From IMG/VR virus record IMGVR_UViG_3300037307_000721: a stretch of 64,000 nt of DNA. The stretch is one strand, 5' to 3'. Below the pieces are notes generated by a model. It saw nothing but the letters and a program-made list of their open reading frames with translations. It was not told the origin of the DNA and ran no database searches. This stretch comes from a virus. A program made the translations under genes and the position numbers. Of the stretch, positions 43,323 through 51,794 are shown piece after piece. Each line of letters begins with the position of its first letter. The stretch's first letter is position 1.

Positions 43323-43531
43323 ACAGCTTCCCACCAACGTGCGACTGGTGCGGTCGACCGCTCGAAACCTCGAGTGGCGTCTGCTTCGACTGCGGCACGC
43401 AGATGGTCTACATCTCGCCCAGCTGGACGTACGACAAGCACGGCAATGTGAAGAAAGACCCGGGTTGGTACGGTCCCGCCAAGTTCATGCCGGCCCGCTA
43501 CAGAACGAAGGAGAACCCATGTCTGGTTTGA
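43319..43531 (+). CDS. small zinc-ribbon protein
   Basis: CDWCG...CFDCG; GTGA overlap. Confidence 0.6.
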   Translation: MNSFPPTCDWCGRPLETSSGVCFDCGTQMVYISPSWTYDKHGNVKKDPGWYGPAKFMPARYRTKENPCLV

Positions 43532-44289
43532 TCATCAACGGGAAGACGGTCCAGGTCCCGGGACTGGAGATCGTCAACTACTACGACCATCCGGAGCTCA
43601 AGCTCCGCGCCGGCGAGGACATGCGCGAGCGGCACACGCGCTGGATCCGTTCGGTCTGCTGGCACAACACGAAGAACATTCCGACGGCGCTCAAGCCCGG
43701 CTGCGGCCCGAACACCGACCTCGAGCACCGCATCACGCGCTGGTGGTCGAAAGACGGCACGCACGCCGGCGCGCATCTCTGCGTGGACTGGGATCAGACG
43801 ATCGGTTGCATGGCCGACCTCCTCCAGGACGCGACCTACCACGCGAGCTCGCTCAACGAGGTGTCCATCGGCGGCGAGCTCTACGAGGACAGCAAGGGCG
43901 TCATCTACCAGGCGCAGATCTCGGCCGCGGTGCGCGCAACCATCTGGATGTGCCAACGCTTTGGCATCCAGAGGCAGATCCCCGCTCCGGGGCACAACGA
44001 TGTGATCGATCGGGTTCGGGAGGGAGGAGAGGACTGCGTCGGCGTGTTCGGCCACTGCCATCAGTACAGCGGCAAGCCCAACGACCCGGGCGTGCACATC
44101 TTCCAAGCCCTGGAGAAGGCTGGTTTCCGGGTATTCGACTTCCGCGCCGACGAGGACAAGGACTACTGGCGCGACCTTCAGCGCAAGCTCGGGCTCAAGC
44201 CGGATGGCATCCCAGGGCCCAAGACGCGCGACGCGCTCCAGGCCCGCGGCTTCGCCTACGGCTTGTACGACTGGCAAACGGCGCTCTGA
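43519..44289 (+). CDS. endolysin: N-acetylmuramoyl-L-alanine amidase (Amidase_2) + PG-binding domain
   Basis: VCWHNT, GAHLCVD, HA..NEVSIGGE, VFGH..KPNDPG; C-terminal LQRKLGLKPDGIPGPKT. Confidence 0.85.
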   Translation: MSGLIINGKTVQVPGLEIVNYYDHPELKLRAGEDMRERHTRWIRSVCWHNTKNIPTALKPGCGPNTDLEHRITRWWSKDGTHAGAHLCVDWDQTIGCMADLLQDATYHASSLNEVSIGGELYEDSKGVIYQAQISAAVRATIWMCQRFGIQRQIPAPGHNDVIDRVREGGEDCVGVFGHCHQYSGKPNDPGVHIFQALEKAGFRVFDFRADEDKDYWRDLQRKLGLKPDGIPGPKTRDALQARGFAYGLYDWQTAL

Positions 44290-44510
44290 TGCGATTCGAG
44301 TTGATCGGCATGCACCTGAATCGACAGCCCATCGCTTTCGACGAAGGCGGTATGCCGTGCTGGTCTGCCTGGACTGAATGGCTCACGCGGCACCGGTCGA
44401 AGTTGACCCTGCTCGTGGCGGGGGCCAATGAGGTCACGCTCGATCATATCAACGTCACCGTGACCCTGGAGACGCCCAAAATACTGGGAAAAACTAGGCA
44501 TCCGCGCTAG
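44289..44510 (+). CDS. hypothetical protein
   Basis: TGATG coupling; weaker codon bias. Confidence 0.5.
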   Translation: MRFELIGMHLNRQPIAFDEGGMPCWSAWTEWLTRHRSKLTLLVAGANEVTLDHINVTVTLETPKILGKTRHPR

Positions 44511-44535
44511 ACTGCGGCCGGACGGAGGTGCCACC

Positions 44536-45186
44536 ATGGCCATCAAAGATTGGTCGACCAATTACCCAACCGAGCAGGACGTGCTGGCCACGGTGCAGCC
44601 CGACCTGCAAGACGACGTCGACAACACGCGCGTCACGCACATTCACACCGTGCGCAACAAGGTGCAGCAGGTCGCGCTCCAGGTTGGCGATGAGAACGAC
44701 CTGCCGGCCGGCTGCCTGCGCGAGCGCGTGCAGGCGCTCGAAGACGCCGGCGGTGGGGGCAGCGACCGCTACCTGGTCTGGCATGAGGACACGCACTACT
44801 TCGAGGCCGGCATCAGCTTCGTCACGCAGCTGACCAGGCGCATCGTCCGCGATTCCAACAAGCCCCCGCTCCTCTGGCGGATCGTCATCGGCCTGTGGAA
44901 CGAAGGCTCCTACGGTGGTCGCGCCCAAGCTCTCCTGAAGATCGGAGACCTCGGCGAGACGCCGCACTACGACTCGGTCGTCATCTACTCGGACCTGAGC
45001 TTCAGCGAGGCCGTCTACTCGACGACGCTGCTGCCGACCGATCCGGACAACGAGCCCCAGGACACGGTGCTCGACATCGCCATCGACTTGCGCTGCGACA
45101 CCTCGGGCGACACGGCCCACATGCAGTACATGGACCTCTACGCCCTGACCGCTTTGCCGCCGACACCCCCGCCGGGACCCGGCTAG
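44536..45186 (+). CDS. hypothetical protein, possibly virion-associated
   Basis: GGAGG SD; N-terminal TNYP..D...H..TVRNKVQQVALQVG resembles tail-fibre N-termini; Pro-rich tail. Confidence 0.6.
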   Translation: MAIKDWSTNYPTEQDVLATVQPDLQDDVDNTRVTHIHTVRNKVQQVALQVGDENDLPAGCLRERVQALEDAGGGGSDRYLVWHEDTHYFEAGISFVTQLTRRIVRDSNKPPLLWRIVIGLWNEGSYGGRAQALLKIGDLGETPHYDSVVIYSDLSFSEAVYSTTLLPTDPDNEPQDTVLDIAIDLRCDTSGDTAHMQYMDLYALTALPPTPPPGPG

Positions 45187-45196
45187 GAGCAGCCCC

Positions 45197-46036
45197 GTGG
45201 ACGTCGCCACCCTCTTCGATCGCAACCACCTCGTCGAGGGCTTGGTCTGCGTCGAGGCAGCGCTTCGACAGGGCGCCGAGCTCGTGCACGTGCTCTGCCT
45301 CGACGCCACGACCGAGGGCAAGCTGTTCGAGGTTGGCCTCGACCAGCTTCTTCTCATCCCACTCAAGGACGTCGAGAACTTCTTTCCCCGGCTTTCGCCG
45401 CTGCGCAACGAACGCGACTGGCCGAGCTACACCGACACCCTCAAGCCATTCTTCGCTGGCTACCTCCTCGAGTTCTTCGGGGCCGAGAGCGTGACTATGG
45501 TGGACTCCGACGTGTACTTCTGGGGTCCGGTCGAGGAGATCGGTTTCGTCATGCGCGATCAGCGCGCCAACCTGCTCGTGATCGACCGCGAGTACGAGCC
45601 CCCACTTCCAGCCGGCTACTACAACAACGGCTTCGTGGCGATGAACGAGGGCGGGTTGCCTTTCCTCCACTGGTGGCAGGAGCGCTGCATGGAGCGCTGC
45701 GAGTGGATGACCAAGGGCCCCAACGGCGAGTTCGGCGGCGAGGGCTACCTGGACGCCATCCGCGCCGGTACATTCAGCGGAGCCCGCGGTGTCAAGCACC
45801 CCGGGCTCAACCTGGGACCCTGGAACGCGCGCTTCCACGAGGTGACGGCCAGCGGTACCGGGCTCCTCGTCGATGGCCAGAATCCTCTCATCTGCTACCA
45901 CTACCGCGGTTTTCAGGACCATGATCAACCCTTCGACGAACAGGCGCCAGGGCCAGCCTGGGCGAAGGAGCTCCTGCATCGGCCCTACTACGAGAAGCTT
46001 CGCCACGCGGCGGAGCGTTTGGAGCGACGGCCGTGA
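45197..46036 (+). CDS. GT-A-fold glycosyltransferase (nucleotide-diphospho-sugar transferase / GT8-like)
   Basis: TLFDRNH, VDSDVYF (DxD), GYYNNGF, WWQERC, YLD, HPGLNLGPWN, CYHY. Confidence 0.8.
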   Translation: MDVATLFDRNHLVEGLVCVEAALRQGAELVHVLCLDATTEGKLFEVGLDQLLLIPLKDVENFFPRLSPLRNERDWPSYTDTLKPFFAGYLLEFFGAESVTMVDSDVYFWGPVEEIGFVMRDQRANLLVIDREYEPPLPAGYYNNGFVAMNEGGLPFLHWWQERCMERCEWMTKGPNGEFGGEGYLDAIRAGTFSGARGVKHPGLNLGPWNARFHEVTASGTGLLVDGQNPLICYHYRGFQDHDQPFDEQAPGPAWAKELLHRPYYEKLRHAAERLERRP

Positions 46037-46058
46037 GCCGCCTCCCGAGGTATAGAGC

Positions 46059-46682
46059 ATGCACGTCCCCGGTCGAAAGGACCTGTTCGAACGCGCCAGG
46101 TCGGCGTTCGGCGCAACAGTCACAGCGATAGAGACGTACCGGCAGGCGCAGGCTGGGGTGCTCCAGAACCCAGGCTTGCCAGTGAACGACGCCACGCTGC
46201 AGGCGTTCTACGAGAGCTACGTCGGCTACCGCCAGGACGTGTTCGTCGCCCTGCAGACCGACATCGCCGCTGTCGACCAGCTGTTCGCCGAGATCGTGCA
46301 GGCCATCCAGGCGACGCACGGCCAGCAACCGCCGCCCCCTGGGGAGGCCTTGCAGATCCCCGTCTCCACGCCCGAGAAGACCTACGTGCTGCGCACGTCG
46401 CACCCAACGCCGGAGAAGGAGAAGAAGCGAAGGGCCGCGCCCACACCGGCCGAAACCACTGGCAGCGGAGACTGGGAGCAGGCGCTGCAGACCATCGCCG
46501 ACACGCTGGAGCTGCTGGACCAGCTCCCCGAGGAGGCCGAGGACTTCACCTCCAGCGTGACCGAGAAGCTCACCAACATGCGGTCCTGGATCGAATCCAG
46601 GGGGCGCGTGACACCCAAGATGGAGTCAGCCATCGAGAACATGCACCGCGGCGCGCTCAAGTGGCTCGAGCGTGACGACTGA
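46059..46682 (+). CDS. hypothetical protein
   Basis: GAGG SD; GC3 bias. Confidence 0.7.
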   Translation: MHVPGRKDLFERARSAFGATVTAIETYRQAQAGVLQNPGLPVNDATLQAFYESYVGYRQDVFVALQTDIAAVDQLFAEIVQAIQATHGQQPPPPGEALQIPVSTPEKTYVLRTSHPTPEKEKKRRAAPTPAETTGSGDWEQALQTIADTLELLDQLPEEAEDFTSSVTEKLTNMRSWIESRGRVTPKMESAIENMHRGALKWLERDD

Positions 46683-46685
46683 AGA

Positions 46686-46702
46686 CGCCCCGGCGCGGGG
46701 CG
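46686..46702 (+). terminator. 7-bp GC hairpin between genes
   Basis: CGCCCCG-GCG-CGGGGCG; no U-tract. Confidence 0.3.
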
Positions 46703-46715
46703 CACGGAGGTACAG

Positions 46716-47585
46716 ATGAGTCGAGTCTATTTCCACAGCCCGTCCGGCGAGGCGGAGCTCCGCGGCGCGGAGCGACACCACATGGCCTGGTTCAGCACCC
46801 ACCTCACCTGGCCTATCATCGAGCGCTTCGCGGAGAATCGCTGGGGCGAACGCGGCACGCCGCCGCACCTGCTCAAGATCATCCCGCGCGAGAGCTACCT
46901 GCACGGGACAGAGCCGGAAGCACTCAGTCGCCTGGATGCCTTCCGCACCTGGTTCAACGTCTCGATGGACGAGAAGAACGATCACTTTCTCATCGACGGC
47001 AAGAAGCTGCGCCTGTTCCCCCTGCAGCTCAACACGCTCTACAAGATGGGCGACGACCCGCTCAAGCTCGCCGCGCGTCTTCACGCCCAGTGCGAAATTC
47101 ACACCTGGGTCGACGGACCGAATCGCGAATGGCTCGCGGAGATCATCGAGTACGGCCTGCAGACCAACATCTTCCGCCCAGGCATGGATTGGGACGAGGT
47201 GGTGGCACTCCTGCGCTCGCGGGCCGACGAACCCGTCGTCACCTCCTACTCGGTCTGTGAGCGGTTCCCTAACGCGCGCGTGGCGGGCTGGATGCAACGC
47301 CCCGAGATCCAGGCTCGACTCAAGCAGGAGCCGGACGACGACAACGAGGACATGCTCTACGAGGAGTGGTACTCCGTCCCCGACGAACAGCGCTGGGAGA
47401 TGGCCATGGCTCGCCTTCGTACCGGCGAGGCTGGAGCCGGCCTCGAGCTCAAGCCGGACGACTGGGATGAGTACTACTTCAACGAGGGGTTGACTCTCTT
47501 CGACGTGGCTGCGCATCTCGACAAGCTGGTCGACGCGGAGCGCGAGGCGAAGAAGGGCCCACAGGAGCTTGCTGCCCATGTCTGA
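46716..47585 (+). CDS. hypothetical protein
   Basis: GGAGG SD; 289-aa GC3-biased ORF. Confidence 0.8.
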   Translation: MSRVYFHSPSGEAELRGAERHHMAWFSTHLTWPIIERFAENRWGERGTPPHLLKIIPRESYLHGTEPEALSRLDAFRTWFNVSMDEKNDHFLIDGKKLRLFPLQLNTLYKMGDDPLKLAARLHAQCEIHTWVDGPNREWLAEIIEYGLQTNIFRPGMDWDEVVALLRSRADEPVVTSYSVCERFPNARVAGWMQRPEIQARLKQEPDDDNEDMLYEEWYSVPDEQRWEMAMARLRTGEAGAGLELKPDDWDEYYFNEGLTLFDVAAHLDKLVDAEREAKKGPQELAAHV

Positions 47586-49623
47586 CCACTACATCGACCA
47601 GGTCTTCGCCGACGGGGGCCTATTCGCCAAGGCGCTCGAGGGCTATGAGCAGCGGCCCGAGCAGATCCAGCTCGCGCACGTCATCGACGAGGGCTTCTGC
47701 GCAGGCAAGCACGTCCTTGCCGAAGCACCATGCGGGACCGGGAAGTCGCTGGCCTACGGCGTTCCGGCCATCGCACACGCCTGCCACAACCAGAAGCGCT
47801 GCGTGATCACGACCGCCAACATCCAGCTCCAGGAGCAGCTCTTCTACAAGGACTTCCCATTCCTCCAACGTGTGCTGCCGTTCAAGTTCTCCTTCGCCCT
47901 GATGAAGGGCAAGAACAACTACCTCTGCCTGGACCGCATCTCCGAGGGCGAGCTCGACGGCTCGTTCAACCGACTGCGGGCCAAGCCGTATCTGCGAAAG
48001 CAGATGAGCCAGCTCCTCGAATGGGCGCGAGAGACCGAGACCGGAGACAAGACCGAGCTGACGCCCGCCCCGGCTGACGAAGTCTGGCGGGCCTTCTCGG
48101 TCACCGCCGAGGACTGCAAGGCCGAGCAGTGCACGCGCAAGGACGAGTGCTGGGCGAAGCTCGCTCGCGCTATCGCGATGGACGCGCACGTCGTCATCAC
48201 CAACTACCACTTGTTGTTCGCCCACCTGGCGGTCCGCCGGCAGACGGGTGTGGACCTGGTCCTTCCGCCCTTCGAGCACCTGGTGATGGACGAGGCACAC
48301 GAGGCCGCGGAGATCGCTCGCAGCTTCATGGGCTTCAGCCTGAGCAAGTTCGTCATCGCCAAGCTCGTGCGATGGCTGCGTGGTCTCGGGGACAACTACG
48401 CCAAGCTGCGCTCGGAGCTCGACACCGAGGCCGAAGCCTTCTTCTCGATGGCCAAGGCGGTGCACGACGACAAGCTCTACAACATCCGCCTGCGCTCTCC
48501 GGGCTGGGACAAGGGCCTGCACGGCAAACTGTTGCCGCTACTCGACCAGTGCACCGATGCCGCCGCGGCCATCCTTCGCCAGGCGCGCCGGGAGGTGCCC
48601 AAGTCGGACAAGGAAGGCGACAGCGTGGCGCGCAAGATCCAGGAGGCCGCGCACGCTAGCAGCGTGGCGGCATCCGTGCGTGCCCGACTCCTGAACGTGG
48701 TGAACCTGGCCGACCAGAACCTGGTCTACTGGATCGAGCTCACCTCAGCCAAGAACGCCATCATCAAGACCAAGCCGATCGACGTCAGTGCCATGCTGCA
48801 CGAGGAGCTGTTCAAGAAGACCAGGTCCAGCATCATGACGTCGGCCACGCTCAGCACCGGCGGTCACTTCGAGTTCCTGCGCACGGAGCTCGGCGTGCCC
48901 GACAACACGTTGCAGACCATCGTGTCGAGCCCCTTCAACTTCACCGAGCAGTCTCTGCTCGTCGTGCCCCAGGACACGCCCGACACCAAGGACGAGTTCC
49001 GGTTCCAGCAGGCGGTGGCTGATGCCATCGCGCAGGTCGCTCAGGCCTGCGGCGGTCGCACGCTCTGCCTCTTCACCTCGATCAAGAACATGAAGGCGGT
49101 GCACGAGCTGGTCCGCAAGCGCCGGCTGCCCTATCGCCTGCTCCTCCAGGGGGCCGAGATGCAGCGCATGGAGCTCTACCGCGCCTTTCGCGAGGACGAG
49201 AGCTCGCTCCTCTTCGGTGTTGCCTCCTTCTGGACAGGCGTGGACGTTCCCGGCGAGGCGCTCATCGGGCTGGTCATCGACAAGCTGCCCTTCCCGAACA
49301 TGAGCGACCCCTTCAATGACGCGATCAAGACCAAGTGGAAGGACTCGTTCAAGCGCTACTCGCTGCCTCGGGCCATCATCACCCTGAAGCAGGGCATCGG
49401 GCGACTCATCCGGCGCAAGGACGACTACGGCGTCGTGGTGGTCGCCGATCGCCGGGCCGTCGAAAGCTCCTCCTACAGCCGACAGTTCCTGCTCTCGCTG
49501 CCGCCGATGTCGAGCTCTCGAAGCCTCGCCGACATCCCGATCTTCCTCAAGCCGCATCAGGAGCGCGCGGTGGCGAAACGCGCCGAAGGCGCCAAGGCGC
49601 GAGTCGAGAAGGAGATTGCCTAG
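47578..49623 (+). CDS. dinG: DinG/YoaA-family Fe-S helicase
   Basis: RPEQ, EAPCGTGKSLAY, NYLC + three further Cys, DEAHE, TSATL, FWTGVDVPG, IDKLPF, LKQGIGRLIR. Confidence 0.95.
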   Translation: MSDHYIDQVFADGGLFAKALEGYEQRPEQIQLAHVIDEGFCAGKHVLAEAPCGTGKSLAYGVPAIAHACHNQKRCVITTANIQLQEQLFYKDFPFLQRVLPFKFSFALMKGKNNYLCLDRISEGELDGSFNRLRAKPYLRKQMSQLLEWARETETGDKTELTPAPADEVWRAFSVTAEDCKAEQCTRKDECWAKLARAIAMDAHVVITNYHLLFAHLAVRRQTGVDLVLPPFEHLVMDEAHEAAEIARSFMGFSLSKFVIAKLVRWLRGLGDNYAKLRSELDTEAEAFFSMAKAVHDDKLYNIRLRSPGWDKGLHGKLLPLLDQCTDAAAAILRQARREVPKSDKEGDSVARKIQEAAHASSVAASVRARLLNVVNLADQNLVYWIELTSAKNAIIKTKPIDVSAMLHEELFKKTRSSIMTSATLSTGGHFEFLRTELGVPDNTLQTIVSSPFNFTEQSLLVVPQDTPDTKDEFRFQQAVADAIAQVAQACGGRTLCLFTSIKNMKAVHELVRKRRLPYRLLLQGAEMQRMELYRAFREDESSLLFGVASFWTGVDVPGEALIGLVIDKLPFPNMSDPFNDAIKTKWKDSFKRYSLPRAIITLKQGIGRLIRRKDDYGVVVVADRRAVESSSYSRQFLLSLPPMSSSRSLADIPIFLKPHQERAVAKRAEGAKARVEKEIA

Positions 49624-49650
49624 GAGCGCGAGGACCGCGCGCAGGAGTGG

Positions 49651-49875
49651 TTGGTCTACCTCCGGGTGGTCGCCTTGACCTATGACGAGGACACCGTGGA
49701 GACCCTGCGCCGGGACATGGCCGACGCCATCCATCGCGAGCCACCAGGATTCCTGGACCCGGTGCTGGCCAAGATCGGCGTCGAGTTCCCCGCCGAGCAG
49801 CCCCGATTCGCCAAGCTCTACGCGGAGGCGCAGGAGCTGGCGAAAGTTGTTGACGAGCCCCTCGCCAATCTATAA
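49651..49875 (+). CDS. small hypothetical protein
   Basis: GC3-biased; its stop is part of the -10 box of element C; start uncertain. Confidence 0.5.
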   Translation: MVYLRVVALTYDEDTVETLRRDMADAIHREPPGFLDPVLAKIGVEFPAEQPRFAKLYAEAQELAKVVDEPLANL

Positions 49876-49920
49876 GCTGGACGCCGGGTGGGAGGGCCGG
49901 TGATGATTGTATGCTATACA
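49850..49920 (+). promoter_or_regulatory. G-tract promoter element, copy C
   Basis: TTGACG-N17-TAAGCT-GGACGCC-GGGTGGGAGGG-...ATTGTATGCTATAC. Confidence 0.75.
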
Positions 49921-49936
49921 GCGATAGGCATCGACC

Positions 49937-50299
49937 ATGGACCTGAATGAGACCGTGAACAAGCTCGCGAGCGAGGACGTCGCCGCGACGGCCCCTCGAG
50001 AGGGCCTGCTCTTCTACGCCCTGGCCATCGCGCTCGAGCCCTGGCGCTTCGATGAGGACGCGATCGACGCAGTGCTGCTACCCTTGCTCGAGGAGCGAGG
50101 TTGCATCGGCTGTGGCATCGAGCCGGTGGATGACGACCTGGTCATCAAGACCCAGGTGTACCTGGACCGACCGCCGGCCGAGGAGCACCAGGCGCTGGCC
50201 TCCGATCTTCAGGAGGTCCTGCCGGGCGACTACAAGGTGACGACGAGCTGGGCGAAGGTCGCGAAGTACGACGAGGAGCACACGAGTGAGATCGTTTGA
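49937..50299 (+). CDS. hypothetical acidic protein
   Basis: ORF downstream of element C. Confidence 0.7.
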   Translation: MDLNETVNKLASEDVAATAPREGLLFYALAIALEPWRFDEDAIDAVLLPLLEERGCIGCGIEPVDDDLVIKTQVYLDRPPAEEHQALASDLQEVLPGDYKVTTSWAKVAKYDEEHTSEIV

Positions 50300-50345
50300 C
50301 CGCGGCCGTTGGGCCGTGGCACACTACCAGACTGCGAGGTGAGCT

Positions 50346-50597
50346 ATGCCAGACACGATCACGTTGCCCAAGGTGGACGGAGACCCCGTCGCCTTCATCT
50401 TCCGAGGCGGCAAGCGGACGCGCCCGAGCGAGTGGGACCAGGACGCCAACGGGTTCTACATCAAGGGCTACGGGACCGAGCTCCTGCCCGACGACACCCC
50501 CACGGTCCTCCTGAAGGTCACGGGCTCCGGCCTCACGCCCAAGGCCAAGCGCTACGTCACGGACGCCTGGGTGGACCTGCCCGTGCCCCCGACCTAG
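50346..50597 (+). CDS. hypothetical protein
   Basis: GAGGTGAG SD; GC3 bias. Confidence 0.7.
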   Translation: MPDTITLPKVDGDPVAFIFRGGKRTRPSEWDQDANGFYIKGYGTELLPDDTPTVLLKVTGSGLTPKAKRYVTDAWVDLPVPPT

Positions 50598-50757
50598 GGT
50601 CGTTCTCTCCCTCCCTGTTCCATTCTCCTCGCCTGACGACCAACCAGTAGCCCTCGCGCCGTTCCATCCGGCGGCCGCACTTCTCGCACTGCCGCGTGCC
50701 TTCGTCGAGGTCGTCTAGCGACCAGCCGCATGGGCATGGACTGCCGAGGAAGCTCAT
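50557..50757 (-). CDS. small zinc-ribbon protein
   Basis: CPCGW...CEKCG; ATG directly after element D. Confidence 0.55.
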   Translation of the reverse strand: MSFLGSPCPCGWSLDDLDEGTRQCEKCGRRMERREGYWLVVRRGEWNREGENDPRSGARAGPPRRP

Positions 50758-50829
50758 AGCACAGCATACAGCAGCTGCCGCCCTCCCTCCCAGCCATCCA
50801 GGTTATATGATATAAGTCGCATCTGTCAA
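50758..50829 (-). promoter_or_regulatory. G-tract promoter element, copy D
   Basis: minus strand TTGACA-N18-TAACCT-GGATGGC-T-GGGAGGGAGGG-...CTGTATGCTGTGCT-ATG. Confidence 0.75.
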
Positions 50830-51080
50830 CTGCTTTCGTCCCAGCCCTCGAGCTTCATGAAGACGTGAAAGGCGCAGGGCGGGTACGGGCACACGACCGA
50901 CGGCGAAACCCGGCCATCCGTGGCGATGCGATGCTCGGCGAGGCAGAAGACGCGGCCGCAGGATGGGCATCGCAGCGCCGCCGTCACGCGGCCGGGCAGG
51001 TAGAGCCAGCGAATCCAGGTCCCGGCCAGTGCGGAGCTCTCGGAGAAGCAACGCGACGGGTCGCGGCGCAGGAGGATCAT
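50826..51080 (-). CDS. small zinc-binding protein
   Basis: CPSCG...H.I..DG.VSPSVVCP..CAFH. Confidence 0.7.
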   Translation of the reverse strand: MILLRRDPSRCFSESSALAGTWIRWLYLPGRVTAALRCPSCGRVFCLAEHRIATDGRVSPSVVCPYPPCAFHVFMKLEGWDESS

Positions 51081-51316
51081 CAGGGCTCGTCGGGCTGCAG
51101 CGGGCTACCCGGATCGACCCAGCGAAGGCTGGTGAGCCCGTGGTGCAGGTGGATGGTCTTGATGGCCGCGATGCCGGTGTACACGTTCGTGCTGGGGTTG
51201 GCTGAGAGCCAGCGCAGGACGCACGTGCCGTCCGAGAACATCACGCCCTCAGCGACGATGCCTATGCCAGAGACACCTGAGACGTCCTGCTCTCGAACCA
51301 GAGTGAAGCGGCGCAT
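51080..51316 (-). CDS. conserved small phage protein (DVSGVSGIGIVAEGVMFSDG)
   Basis: motif recalled from a widespread phage family; TGATG coupling. Confidence 0.75.
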   Translation of the reverse strand: MRRFTLVREQDVSGVSGIGIVAEGVMFSDGTCVLRWLSANPSTNVYTGIAAIKTIHLHHGLTSLRWVDPGSPLQPDEP

Positions 51317-51319
51317 GCG

Positions 51320-51781
51320 TCATCGAACCTGGCACGAGGGACAGTGGTGGGTGTCTGGTTCGACGAAGCTCCAGCCCTCGGGGAACGCGGGCAGTACGAG
51401 CTGCGAGGTCTTCTTGCCGCAGCCGTCGCAGGTGTAGGAGACGAGCTCCTCGACCTTGAGGTTCGACGGGTGCAGCAGGCGGTCGACCTTGTCCTCGAGG
51501 TCCCGGAAGCCCTGGAGGATGGCCGCGGCCTTGAGCTTGACCCAGATCTTGAACTTCGGATGCGCGACAAGACGCTCGAGCGCACGCTTCCGGTTCGTGT
51601 GCTGGTAGCGCTCCTCGCGGCACTCGCCCACGGCGCCCGACTCGGGGTGCGTGATGCGACAGGCCGAGCTCGTCTTGTTCTGCTTCTGCCCACCCTTGCC
51701 GCCGGCGCGAAAGAACTCCAGACGAAGGTCCTTGCGCGTGACGGTGAACAGCAGCCTCTTGGCTTTCTCGGTGATGTCCAT
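51320..51781 (-). CDS. peptide chain release factor-like protein (GGQ; ArfB/PrfH-like) with C-terminal zinc ribbon
   Basis: FFRAGGKGGQKQNKTSSACRITH..SG...REERYQHTNRKRAL; CDGC...HCPSC. Confidence 0.88.
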   Translation of the reverse strand: MDITEKAKRLLFTVTRKDLRLEFFRAGGKGGQKQNKTSSACRITHPESGAVGECREERYQHTNRKRALERLVAHPKFKIWVKLKAAAILQGFRDLEDKVDRLLHPSNLKVEELVSYTCDGCGKKTSQLVLPAFPEGWSFVEPDTHHCPSCQVR

Positions 51782-51794
51782 GGCCGTTGCTCCT

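Noticed and set aside
51320-51781. Release-factor gene as evidence of stop-codon reassignment
   Set aside because: TAG, TGA and TAA all terminate well-packed genes under the standard code, and the protein lacks a codon-recognition domain.
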